Assembly (NCBI GenBank): GCA_964016885.1
Contig: OZ024743.1
Coordinates: 336,846,001 to 336,910,000 of the forward strand
Source of the DNA: Eledone cirrhosa
Lineage: Eukaryota
Length of the DNA: 64,000 nucleotides
Direction of reading: 5' to 3'
Below, in pieces: positions 1-12,890 of this stretch. The position numbers and the translations under genes were made by a program. Below the pieces are notes generated by a model, which was given only the letters and a program-made list of their open reading frames with translations, was not told the origin of the DNA and searched no databases. Numbering within the stretch: position 1 is the first letter of the stretch; each line of letters opens with the position of its first letter.

Positions 1-348
1 TCCACCCCTTCTCTAGAAGTCTTATATATTTTTTATGTGGGCTGATAGTGATTGGATTAAGGAATTGCAGAAACCCAAGAAGCTAGATTTAACATCCTTC
101 TAGCGGGTCCGGGTGAGTTTTTTACATTCATTTAATTTATTAATTTATTGATATTTTATTTGAGTGACCCGAATCTTCCTGGTCGTTCTTTTTCGGCTGC
201 ACGGGTGATTTTAGGCATAATCTCTATGTGTTGGTAATTTAACGATGGTTATAGCTCTGATTTATCCAAATTATTGAGCCCTCTGCCACACATGTCGGAT
301 ATTGTTTATCGTGATTTCGTGGGCTGATATTCCGATTCTCGATTATTC

Positions 349-436
<88 letters not shown>

Positions 437-440
<4 letters not shown>

Positions 441-818
441 GTAAGTATGTATACGTACATACATATATGTATACAGACGTACAGTAGTATGTATATATAT
501 ACATACATGCACACATATATATATGTACGTATGGCTTTACCGAACATTTATTATAATGTTCGGTGTGTTTGTAAACAAACAGCCCGAATTACGCCGTACT
601 GTGTTCGGCAACCATCGTCGCCTTTTTGTTCAACACTGACACAGGAACGATGTACTAGTTTCAAACTTATTAGCTATCGTCAGCAACGTATACCATCGTA
701 TACCGACTAACTCACTCGATATGCAAATTAGGCTGCTCAGCCGTTAATATGCATAAGGAAAGTATATACTTTCAAACGTTCAATCATCTGACAGGAAGGT
801 ATACGATGCTGACGATAG

Positions 819-822
<4 letters not shown>
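437..822 (-). mobile_element. Family A non-coding HHR repeat (retrozyme-like), partial copy plus inverted segment
   Basis: Same unit as at 2488, 7733, 21329 and 41555. HHR on - strand at ~647-689. Segment 706-822 is inverted. Both ends run into (TA)n. Confidence 0.8.
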
Positions 823-853
<31 letters not shown>

Positions 854-1052
854 ATGTTCAGGACACCGACGGCGGAGCTCAAGCCGTTTCGATGGCTATA
901 TCTTTATAGCCGGCATATATTTATAGCTCCGGCATTTTCGACATCGGTCGGGTCCTGAACCTTTTCCTATTACCCACTCTAATACCCAAAGTCTCGAGTA
1001 CTCTGGTGAGTTATGTTCCACCTGGTTCCTTACCTCACTACCTTCGTTATAT

Positions 1053-2470
1053 TCCAGTACCCCGGCCACATACCCGAACTGTACGGTCGGTACGTCGACG
1101 ACTGCATCGGATCCACGACCCTCACCTGAGAACAGCTCGATTCTTTTCTCTCCTTCCACGCCTCTCTCCACTTCACCACCTCTATCTCCACCACCCACGT
1201 CCACTTCTTGGACATCTCCGTCGCCATCGACCCCTCCCACCACACCCTCGTCACCTCCGCCTTCTTCAAACCCACTGACTCCCACTCCTACCTCGACTTC
1301 ACCTTCTCTCACCCTAGACACACCAAACACTCCATTCCCTACTCCCAACTCCTCCGGATCCGCCGCCTCTGCAGCCGAGATGCTGACTTCGAGACCCAGG
1401 CCCTGTCTCTAGTCAGCCATTTCATCCTGAGACGTACCACCCTCCCTCGTCCACGCCGCCATCGCTCGCGCCCGTGCTGTCCACCGCCCCACTGCCCTTT
1501 CCCCACGCCCCCTACCCCTCACCTACCACCTCTCCACCCTACCCCTCCACCGCACCATCCTCTACCTCTTCCGATGCCTCCAGTCCGACCCTCCACCTCC
1601 GCGCATCCTCATTACTTTGCCTGCTGTCACCTCCCTACTGCTATTCTTCCCCCCACCTCCTTCGCCTTGCCTTGACCCTCTAAACACTTCATGTTGCCCG
1701 CGCACCCCACAACTCTCCACTTCCTCAGTACCATACCAGGACTTTACACCACCGGTCCACCACTCCAGCCATCCACCCAGCTACACTCGGAATCTTCAAC
1801 ATCCGTGCTTACAATCCGTGGAAAAAACATCCAGGAACACACACACACAAACACTTACACTATTTTCATACCACGCAACCATACATCCACATCACACAAA
1901 AACACACACACACACGTGCGTATCATCACATACACACACTAAGCCTCCGGACTCCACACGCCCCCTATCCCCCACCACCTCTGACCCCTCTCCATCCACA
2001 CTCACACACACACACTGACTTACACCCCACCCTGTGTTCACACTGGTTTACCTATTACTCGAACATGGAATCTCGTTCTTCCCCCAACTCTCACATTCAC
2101 ATCCACACACACACACCACCTTCATACCTCCCCACTCGGATACACCGTCTCCTTCTCACCTCTCCACCCCTCCACCCACCACCACCCATACATGCCTCAC
2201 ACCCTTTCACCACTTGTTTCATTTCAATTTTTTTTACCCTCTAAAAAATTTGTTTTCCTCCCTTTTCTCCCACCCCCCTTTTTATGTCTTTCCACCACTC
2301 CCCCTCACATCCTTGGAACTCTTTTCCTGTCCACTTTTCTCCTGATGAAGGGCTTATGCTCGAAACATCGTCCTCCACTCTCCACTCTCAAGCGTGAAAC
2401 TAATATTAACATTTTGTACTGCCTCTTCGCTTCCACGTTGTTGTTTTTTTGTTTACTGTTTCAACTATAA
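1053..2470 (+). mobile_element. Degenerate Poseidon-type Penelope-like element, 5'-truncated
   Basis: Translates to YGRYVDDCIG...FLDISV...FFKPTDSHSYLDFTFSHPRHTKHSIPYSQLLRIRRLCS (PLE RT core and thumb). 3' region has CTGATGA-AGGGC-ttat-GCTC-GAAAC at ~2342 with a poor stem I. Confidence 0.8.
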
Positions 2471-2487
2471 AAATATATATATATATA

Positions 2488-3032
2488 TAAATGGAAAAAA
2501 TGAAACCTAATTTCATTTCTCACTCTTAGTACAGCTGTTACTTAAATATAAGTATATATACGTACATACATAAATGTATACAGACCTACGACCTACAGTA
2601 GTATGTATATATATATACATACATGCACACATATATATATGTACGTATGGGTGTATCGAACATTTATTATAATGCTCGGTTTGTTTGTAAACAAACAGCC
2701 CGAATTAAGCCGTACAGTGTTTAGCAACCATCGTTGCCCTTTTGTTCAACACTGACAAAGGAACGATGTACTAGTTTCAAGCTTATTAGCTATCGTCAGC
2801 ATCGTATACCTTCCTGCCAGATGATTGAACGTCTGAAAGTATATACTTTTCTTATGCATATTAACGGCTGAGCAGCCTAATTTGCATATCGAGTGAGTTA
2901 GTCAGCCGGGCGCACCGAAAACGATAAATGGAAAAATTGAAACATTCCTTTGTCAGTGTTGAACAAAAGGGCAACGATGGTTGCTAAACACTGTACGGCT
3001 TAATTCGGCTGTTTGTTTACAAACAAACCGAA
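2488..3032 (-). mobile_element. Family A HHR repeat, full unit plus inverted fragment
   Basis: Complete unit with an intact HHR on - strand at 2763-2805. Segment 2950-3032 is inverted. Flanked by (TA)n. Confidence 0.85.
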
Positions 3033-3064
3033 TACATATTTATATTTATATATATACATACTTA

Positions 3065-3132
<68 letters not shown>

Positions 3133-3137
<5 letters not shown>

Positions 3138-4498
3138 AGATCCAGGACCCCGACGGTTGAACTCCGGTCGTTTCGGCAACTAGATACGAACTAAATCGCC
3201 CGTATTCGAGCGGCAGGAACCGAGCTGAACTCCACAAGGGGCATAGTCCATATATGGGCAGAAAGTCTATGCCAAAAAAATCTTAAAAGTTCTCTTGTTT
3301 TTTTTTTGTTTTTTGTTTGTTTTTTTTTTTTTTTTTGTTTTTTTTTTTCTCCGGGAGTGGTGTGTGATAGGGGGCGGGTACCTTTGTTCAAATGTACGAC
3401 TTCGTAAAAATAGCTGGTTTAGCCCTGCTATAACCCGAAAATGTCTTCAATTATCTAGTTTTATTACACTCATAGCGGCAAGGAAAGGGGCTACACAGGA
3501 TGAAAAGTAGGACGAAGTGGCTGCATAGACCTATTGACCTGAAGATGTTAAGCTAGTCAGTAGGGCACACACGCAATTAAGAGAGAATTCTACCTTATCA
3601 AATATTTCTAATCTGTAAAAATGGCATTGTACATTAGGTTCAAAAAGAAGAAAACAACGAGAGAAATTTTAATTTCGGTGCATTTAAGTCAAAGGGAATA
3701 GCATAGTGTATGTGTTTGTTAATTTGCTGTTTACTGACGATTTGCTAAAATACTAAGCATTTATAATTTATTACTATATCCCCTCCTCGTAGAGATTTCT
3801 AGTTATCAATTGCTTAATGGCCCGGGAAAAAGTCCTTGTTCACTAATTTACTTATTTCAAACACCAATAAATCTACCATTAATCTTAAAGATAGTTCTAG
3901 TTATTTCAGTTCTCATGCTATCGTAACTTAGCTAAGAATCTATAGTATTATGGATTCCTGTTTTATATAAGAAACGCCTCAAAGTATATTTATAACAGGT
4001 ATATCAAACCCATCGCAATACCTTAGTAAACGGAAGTAATAGAATTGAAAGCTCACTAATAGCTTTCTTTAACATTGCTAACGCTATAGTTTTATGATGG
4101 TGCTTACGTACTGGCCTAATATATGTGTATATAATAGTACACATTTACTCTATATATCAGGCGTGTCTTTGCTGCAGTACAGGAATGGCGGCGTTTAAAC
4201 TTGTGCCTCGGTCTTAAGCTGTAAGTAATGGGTCTGTACATGTATTGTAGCTATCTAATCGGCTGGTCCTAAAGGCATATGTATATGTTTATAATAATGA
4301 AAATATTATATTTCTACATAAGGAGTTCAGCTAGATTCCCGCCGCTCGAATAATGACGATTTAATTCGGATCTAGCTATTGAAACGGCCGGAGCTCAGCC
4401 GTCGGTGTCCTGAATCTTTTCATATTACCCACTCTACTACCCCCAAATATCGAGTACTCTGGTGGTATATGGTCTAGCTGGTTTTTACAAACACACCA

Positions 4499-4503
<5 letters not shown>
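3133..4503. mobile_element. Non-autonomous PLE derivative bounded by inverted family-D pLTR sequences
   Basis: 3133-3260 (-) and 4320-4503 (+) resemble the Naiad pLTRs at 16905 and 34855. No ORF lies between them. (TA)n on both sides. Confidence 0.55.
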
Positions 4504-4592
<89 letters not shown>

Positions 4593-5119
4593 GTGTAAGA
4601 TATTGTCCAGACAAATGTATCCACATTATCCGTATTTGTATGGATATATTGGTGCAATGGTATAAGAACTGAGAGAAAAGTTGTTATAAGGTCGATTCTT
4701 GCAATCCCTATACAGAAAAATCGGATACCAAGTAAAAAAACTAACTTAAGAATGGTAAAATTCCGAGATTTCAATATTCTATACCATCCAGCATTACGGT
4801 GTCGATCCAACGTGACAAAGTTTCAATGTGTGAGTTAACTTTAAGATAGATATTGCAAAACCGTATTTATTGGATAATGCGTGTTTCACTGACAGCAGTG
4901 TAGATCTGTTATGCGATCATTACAACAGCACCGGTGTGACATCATCAGATATTAATATAATAATGTGAAGGAGTTGATATACCGCAGGCAAAGGCGTCCC
5001 TATTTGTAAAAGTTCAATGAACACGGCTCGGCGATTGATTTTTCTTCATTTCATTTTCGTGTGGTATTGGTATATATTTTTCATTGGTGGATTCCGTAAA
5101 TTTTAGGATGTGATGATAA

Positions 5120-5305
5120 ATTGTTAAGAGCTAATCAATATTATTTCAATGTAATCTATTTCAAAGGGGCCACACAATCAATATTTATGGAGAGAACTAT
5201 GCCAACTTGCTAAGGCAGTTACGAAAGGATATCAAAATCTAACACCGAGTAAACTGGCGAAAGGGAGTTTTGTTTCATCACGACAATGCTCCAGCACACA
5301 AGAAC
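5120..5305 (+). pseudogene. Mariner transposase relic
   Basis: Frameshifted YANLLRQLRKDIK...GVLFHHDNAPAH, the second catalytic-Asp motif of mariner transposases. Confidence 0.7.
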
Positions 5306-5384
5306 CAAAGCTCCAGCATATATATTCACCTATATATTCACCTATATATTCACCTCCAGCATATATATTCACCTATATATTCAC

Positions 5385-6180
5385 CTATATATTCACCTCT
5401 GCTAAGATGCGGGTCCCTGTGAAAATTTCCTCGCGCCACTCCTGGCCTGACTGTGGTCTGACATTAATATCGACCTTTCTTCCTCTTTCTTTCTATCTTC
5501 CTTCTTGTAGCCATCAACCCTTACTTTTCTACTTCTCTCTTCTCTTCCTTCTCTTCTCCCCTCTTCCTGTCTTCCTCCCGCAGACTTATCTTCCTTCCCC
5601 CTCTTGCTTGCCTATATCTGACCGGTAGTAGTTGCCTTTCTTCTTTTAGCTGACATTAACTCTGGCTTCTCTTCTTCTTTCTTCCCTCTTCTTCTCTCTC
5701 CTTCCTTTCTTTCCTTCTTTTACCTTGTGTCATGAGATTGATGCTAACTTATGTCCCACCCCTTTCTGTTTTCGTTTATCTGACCTTAGTAGCATACTAT
5801 AAACTTTAGCCACGTCACTCGAGGGCGACCGGCTGAGGTTGAAGGAACAGAATAGCGGTCGCCCTCCGGTCCTCGATTTTCAGCCCCATGGATTTTATCT
5901 ATTACATTCACGTATTATATTTCGAATACCTGATGATATCACCGGATTCATACGGAACCCGGTCATTGAAATGATCATAGTATAATAAACCTTTCAAGGA
6001 TTTACACAAATCCAGCCTCCTGTCATTTCATTATAATATTTAACTCCGTAATAGCACCACCAACTACAAAACAAAGACGGTTGAACTGCCTTACGTTGTG
6101 TACTCTCTATATTATTGCATTACGATTGACCATACGGAATAGACCAGCTCTATACAGTGGTGAACCTCAAACCTGAATAA
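5385..6180 (+). mobile_element. Family B non-coding PLE-type repeat with 3' HHR
   Basis: Near-identical to 15880-16672. HHR at 5926-5983 followed by AATAAA. Ends in (TA)n. Confidence 0.8.
5926..5983 (+). ncRNA. Type I hammerhead ribozyme (family B)
   Basis: ATAC-CTGATGA-stem II (ACCGG/CCGGT)-GAAA-TGATCA-TA|GTAT. Stem I is ATAC/GTAT and stem III is the palindrome ATGATCAT. Copies at 12937-12994 (-) and 16418-16475 (+); relative at ~16768-16824 (-). Confidence 0.8.
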
Positions 6181-6209
6181 ATATATATATATATATATAT
6201 ATAAAGACA

Positions 6210-6260
6210 AGCTTCTACAGGACTAGAAGTATTTCATTCGTGAGAAATCATCAGGAAGCT
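6210..6260 (-). ncRNA. Type I hammerhead motif in a pLTR-like repeat (6203-6680; related sequence at 9015-9440)
   Basis: Reverse complement reads AGCTTC-CTGATGA-TTTCtcacGAAT-GAAA-TA...TG-TA|GAAGCT. Stem I is 6 bp and stem III is weak. Confidence 0.6.
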
Positions 6261-6796
6261 GGCTGTCCAAGTAAGTAGTGGTATTTATATATTTTCTTTT
6301 CTGGTGGTAGGAGAGGGTGGGGATTGGGATGGGCGGAGGTCATTGGTTGATGGATTTAAAGAAAAGGGAGTTCATTAAAAGCTAATTCTTTAAAGCTATA
6401 ATATTAACAAAGGCAGTAAGAATACTGTGAACAAATTAAAATTTGGGATACCAATCCTTGTTTATCACTTAGACTAACAATGACTGTAAGACAGGTGTCT
6501 ACAGAATGGGTGGGGTTCATTGGTTTAAAGAAAAGAGAAATTCTTTAGAAGCTAATTCTTTAAGGCTGAAATAAGGGTGACAAAGGCAGAAAGGGTTCCA
6601 TCAATAGATTCTAGTGTTGGGGTGCTTCTCCTTATTTTGAAGTTTCTCTTAATATATATTCCAGGTGTCGACAAGCACATTCACACACGCGCCCACTTAC
6701 ACACGTACACACACATACGCACGCACACACAGACAGGCACACACACAACAAACATACATAATGGTACATACACACACACATACATATATATATATA

Positions 6797-7622
6797 CAAA
6801 AATAGGCCACAAGTAAAAACGGGTTATTATAAACTTGTTGATCAAGCCGCTAAAAATAGCAGCGCGATACAACGTTTTGTTCTCTACATAAGGAGAAAAA
6901 TTATAAAAGGGTATGGATATTCCAACAGGCACTAGGTGCCTACAGAAATATGCATGGTGTTTATAATAATTGTGGTTCAATGGTACTAATTTTAGATACC
7001 AGAACTATAAAAATGAGCGGAGCAAGCAATTATCAGACAATCTTTTAAATAAATTAAAAAACGATTTAAATATTCACTTGTTCTATTGCCGTTACCGACG
7101 GTTTTTTAAAATTTATATAAAAGATTGTTTGATAATTGCTTGCTCCGCTCATTTTTATAGTTCTGGTATCTAAAATTAGTACCATCGAACCACAACTATT
7201 ATAAACATCATGCATATTTCTGTAGGTACCTAGTGCCTGTTGGAATATCCATACCCTTTTATAATTGTTCTCCTTATGTAGAGAACAAAACGTTTCATCG
7301 CGCTGCTATTTTTAGCGGCTTGATCAACAAGTTTATAATAACCCGCCTTTACTTGTGGCCTATTTTTTCGTGTGCGTCACTTCAACGGCTTGACCGCATG
7401 CGTTGGACAGTAAGCGAAATATTGACTTACTGGGAGGTTTTGCACCCGTATAGTATGGAAATAGCTGTCTGAAGATCTAATTCTTTCCATTGGAAATTCT
7501 CTGGATTTCCAATCTTTCGATTAGTGAAACCGTCGGTAACGGCATTAGAACAGGTGAATATTTAAATCGTTTTTTAATTTATTTAAAAGATTGTTTGATA
7601 ATTGCTTGCTCCGCTCATTTAT
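6797..7622 (+). mobile_element. Family C non-coding HHR repeat: inverted arm plus 1.1 tandem units (~467 nt period)
   Basis: 6797-7105 is inverted relative to 7110-7367 and 7530-7622. AAGATTGTTTGATAATTGCTTGCTCCGCTCATTT recurs at ~7120 and ~7587. Confidence 0.8.
7464..7543 (+). ncRNA. Type I hammerhead ribozyme (family C) with extended stem II
   Basis: GCTGT-CTGAAGA-TCTAAT...TTGGAAAT/ATTTCCAA...ATTAGT-GAAA-CCG-T-CGG-TA|ACGGC. All core nucleotides are canonical. Confidence 0.85.
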
Positions 7623-7652
7623 ATATATATATTTATGTATATATATATATAT

Positions 7653-8905
<1,253 letters not shown>

Positions 8906-9459
8906 ATATATATATATATATATATGTATGTATATATGTGTATATGTGTATATGTGTTTGTATATGTTTGTATATGTGTATATTTATATATGTGTGTGTG
9001 CATGTGAATGTGTCTGTAGACACCTGAAATATAGCTTAAGAGAAACATGACAATAAGGACAGGCACCCAATATTTGAACTGGTTTATAGAATTCTCTCTG
9101 CCTTTGTCACTCTAAGTAGAGCTTTAAAGAATTAGCTTTTAAAGAATTTCCCTTTTCTTTAAACCCATCAACCATGACTGACCCCCAACCATCTTATAGA
9201 CACCTGAAATATAGGCATTGTTGGTTTAAGAGAAACTTAAAAATAAGGAGTGGCACCCCAATTTGAACTTGTTTATAGAATTCTTTCTGCCTTTGTCACT
9301 CTAAATATAAATTATAGCTTTAAGGAATTAGCTTTTAATGATTTCCCTTTTCTTTCAAACAATGACCTCCACCCATCCCAACGCCCACCCTCCCCTACCA
9401 CCAGAAAAGATAAAAATACCACCACATTTATTTGGACAATCAAACTTTTTCTTCATAAT

Positions 9460-10184
9460 TTTATATACATGTCTTCTGTTTCAGGTCGTCAAGCAATGAG
9501 CACAGAACAACGAACAAACTTGAAGTTTCTGGTACGGTTGGGAAAAACTCCATCAGAAGCACTGGGATTGCTGCAGCAAGCGTATGGAGATGAGACGATG
9601 TCACGCTCACGTGTTTTTGAGTGGTGCAAGATGACCCCAGGAGCGGAAGGCCCTCAACAACCAAGACTGAGGTCAACGTTGAGCGCGTCAAGCAGATGGT
9701 GCGTAGCGATCGTCGGCTGACTGTTCGACTGATGGCAAATGAGCTGGGCATGAATCGGGAGAGCGTCTGGAAGATTCTCACTGAAGATTTGAACATGCGG
9801 AAAGTCTGCGCGAAGATGGTGCCAAAACTGCTAAACGATGGGTCGACGCATGCAAGTGTGCCAGGACATCCTCGAGCGTCTTGAAACCGAACCAGACTTG
9901 CTAGGGACAGTCATCACTGGTGATGAGTCATGGATCTTCGAGTACGACCCGGAGGGGACCCGTTTTGAAGACGTGGACGACATCAAAAAGGCCGTGACGA
10001 CGGAACTGCGGAGGATCCCGGAAGAATCTTTCCAGGAGTACATGCAAGCCTGGCAGAAAAGGATGGAAAAGTGCATTAGACTCCAGGGGGATTACTTTGA
10101 AGGAGAAAACTCTTAGTGCGAAGTTTGGGTTTGAAATAAATCTTTTGTGACATCAGTGTTGGAACTTTTCTGACACACCTCGTA
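9460..10184 (+). mobile_element. Mariner transposon, internally deleted, 5' TIR missing
   Basis: MSTEQRTNLKFLVRLGKT..., RKVCAKMVPK, TGDESWIFEYDPE, C-terminal KCIRLQGDYFE. 3' TIR-like GGAACTTTTCTGACACACCTCG followed by TA. Confidence 0.9.
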
Positions 10185-10419
10185 TATATACATATATATA
10201 ACATATATATATATATATATATATATGGTGGCTGCCAACTCGTTTTCGAGTACGGCCACTACTTTATATCCATGTAGGAGAACCCCTACCGATACGCTGA
10301 ACGAGTGTCACTTTTTAGTCCCGCCAGCGACTTGAAAACTCTGGTACAAACACTACACTTGTGACAATTATTGACACATAGTGCTGGGCTCATGGTACCA
10401 TGTGACGTCAAGTGCAGAG

Positions 10420-10831
10420 AGATCTCCGGATATAAAGCAATGCCTGTGCCGTGAAGCTTTTATAGTGAGAAAAGGCACTGCACAAAACCAGTCCCACTCT
10501 CTTAACCAAGATGATATTTACCAAAAAGAAGAACAAGTCAACATCATTGGATACCATCAGGATTGCAGGTGTTATATCAGAGTTTTCCTTCTCCTAGAAT
10601 TCTGCCTTGACAAAGGCTAAGAAGTCATCTCTCCCGGTGATTTTGGATGGCCATTGACTCTTAAGAGCTTTTTTGCCCTTTGACAGGTTTTGTTTTTAGT
10701 CCTGCAGGATGTCCAAAGTCACCCTCCTCACCAAGAAACCTTGGTGGGGTTGCCAGTTTAGTCGCCAACAACCCGACCATGAGACAGGTTGTACTGGGAT
10801 ACATGTTACCAGTAGCACCAACTGGTGACCT

Positions 10832-10835
<4 letters not shown>
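10420..10835 (-). mobile_element. RTE-type LINE 5'-region relic; diverged relative at 32155-32400
   Basis: CTAGGAGAAGGAAAACTCTGA motif resembles RTE 5' UTRs as recalled. Aligns by eye with 32155-32400. Confidence 0.45.
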
Positions 10836-10880
<45 letters not shown>

Positions 10881-11143
10881 GCACAAACACATACATACAC
10901 ATATACGCATGTATATGCGTATACACATATATATAAACGCGCGTACACGCAAACATACGCATACATACGTACGGCCACTCATACAAATACGTACATACAT
11001 ACTCTCATAAATATACACATATGCACACATACATATATACAGTATAAAGATGAAGTACGCTCTACATGCGAAAAGAGTAGATAGGTAAGAAGTACTTACA
11101 TGACCATAGTGCTGTGTTTCGTGTGGTTTTTTTTAATATATAA

Positions 11144-11283
<140 letters not shown>

Positions 11284-11672
11284 ACACACACACATGCTTG
11301 ATGTATTTCAATAAATATTTCAACATTATTAATTTTTGTTAACTTAAAGAATGTTAATGACGTTTCTCTATTGTTAAGAACCTGTCATAACAAAGATATA
11401 AATTCATCTGAAATGCCTGCTTTGTTGTGAACGGGGTTTTCAGGTCCTCCATCAACGGAAATATAAAATTATAAAAGGACAAAAACATTTCCTGATAACA
11501 AAATCAAATGGAAAAATAATTAGAAAACAATATTATTTAGACAAAGGATTGTCAATCCGCAATGGTTTTCACTGCTTTCAATACCAAAAGTACTTTCCTA
11601 TTACACCTATTGCAAAACACAGACGATCTGGCTGGAGCAAATCTCAAAACGTACAAGGATGTAGATAAAACT

Positions 11673-11703
11673 TATAAATACAGAATACTTTATACATTCA
11701 GTT
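11673..11703 (+). promoter_or_regulatory. Candidate TATA box and initiator of the host gene
   Basis: TATAAATA at 11673 and TCAGTT with its A at 11700, 84 nt upstream of the ATG. Confidence 0.45.
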
Positions 11704-11783
11704 CCACATTTTGTCGGATTTCTTTTCTCACTAGTCAGCAAACCTCTGTCGAGTTTTGAGGGAAAAAAGAAACCAGCACCAAG

Positions 11784-11874
11784 ATGAAAAAGACAAATAT
11801 AATCTTTTACTTGGCTCTGATGTTCTATCTGGGAAGATGTGCTGTTGTGAATATTGAGCCTCAGATAACTGACG
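11784..11874 (+). CDS. Host gene coding exon 1 (signal peptide)
   Basis: MKKTNIIFYLALMFYLGRCAVVNIEPQITD followed by G|GTAAGT donor, phase 1. Confidence 0.75.
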
Positions 11875-12104
11875 GTAAGTGATGCTTTACTTCATTACAG
11901 TATAGACATAGGAAAAATTGTTATATATATATTTAGAGGTATCTATTCTTAAATCAAGCTTCTATGTTTTTACTATTAAAAATTGTCGATCAACTTTGAC
12001 GTATACGATCCTACAAACTGCAAAAAAGTAAACAGTATCGGCTGTCGAACTCAAACTCACAGCTGCCGTATAACAGAAGACCTCATTACATGTTATCAGA
12101 ATAC

Positions 12105-12395
12105 ATTCATAAACTCGCTGAATGCTTATGACATAGAAAGGTCAGCTCGAGAGTGACACAGGAGACTGAGATTAGCTGGACATGCTCACCGACATCCAGA
12201 GTTGACACTGCACTCAGTGCTCCTGTGGGAGCCCTGCACGGGCACACTGGAAGAGGAAGACCGAGGTTAACATATGTTGATGCCCTAAGGACAGGCATTG
12301 GTCTGTTGGAGACGCAGGATATGGCAGCGATAAAAAGGGTCAGAGACTGCTGGAGAGAACTCGTCCATGGATCTCGGGAATTTTACCCGCCCTAG
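12105..12395 (+). mobile_element. RTE LINE 3' end relic; relative at 37835-38035 (-)
   Basis: HGHTGRGRPRLTYVDAL...RDCWRELV, the typical RTE ORF C-terminus. Confidence 0.7.
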
Positions 12396-12406
12396 ATATA
12401 TATATA

Positions 12407-12596
<190 letters not shown>

Positions 12597-12802
12597 TAGT
12601 AATAATAATAAAATTGAAGACTAAAATCCAAAGAGGGCTCGATAAGGAAAATATATATCAAATATATAAGAACCGAAGAGCAAATATTTATTAAAATAAC
12701 AGATTAAAGTTTAAGCAAAGAATCGCTGCTTTCACCCAAGCAGCGATTCTTTGCTTAAACTTTAATCTGTTATTTTAATAAATATATAATATTATATATA
12801 TA

Positions 12803-12884
<82 letters not shown>

Positions 12885-12890
<6 letters not shown>

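Noticed and set aside
4870-4955. Minus-strand CTGATGA...GAAAC followed by AATAAA
   Set aside because: Stems I and III are degenerate, so it is not listed as a feature.
5316-5400. Short repeated ATATATTCACCT units as a CRISPR-like array
   Set aside because: A simple tandem slippage repeat with no spacers, in a eukaryotic context.
10290-10350. CTGAACGA...GAAA hammerhead-like string
   Set aside because: Stem I does not pair; at best a decayed motif.
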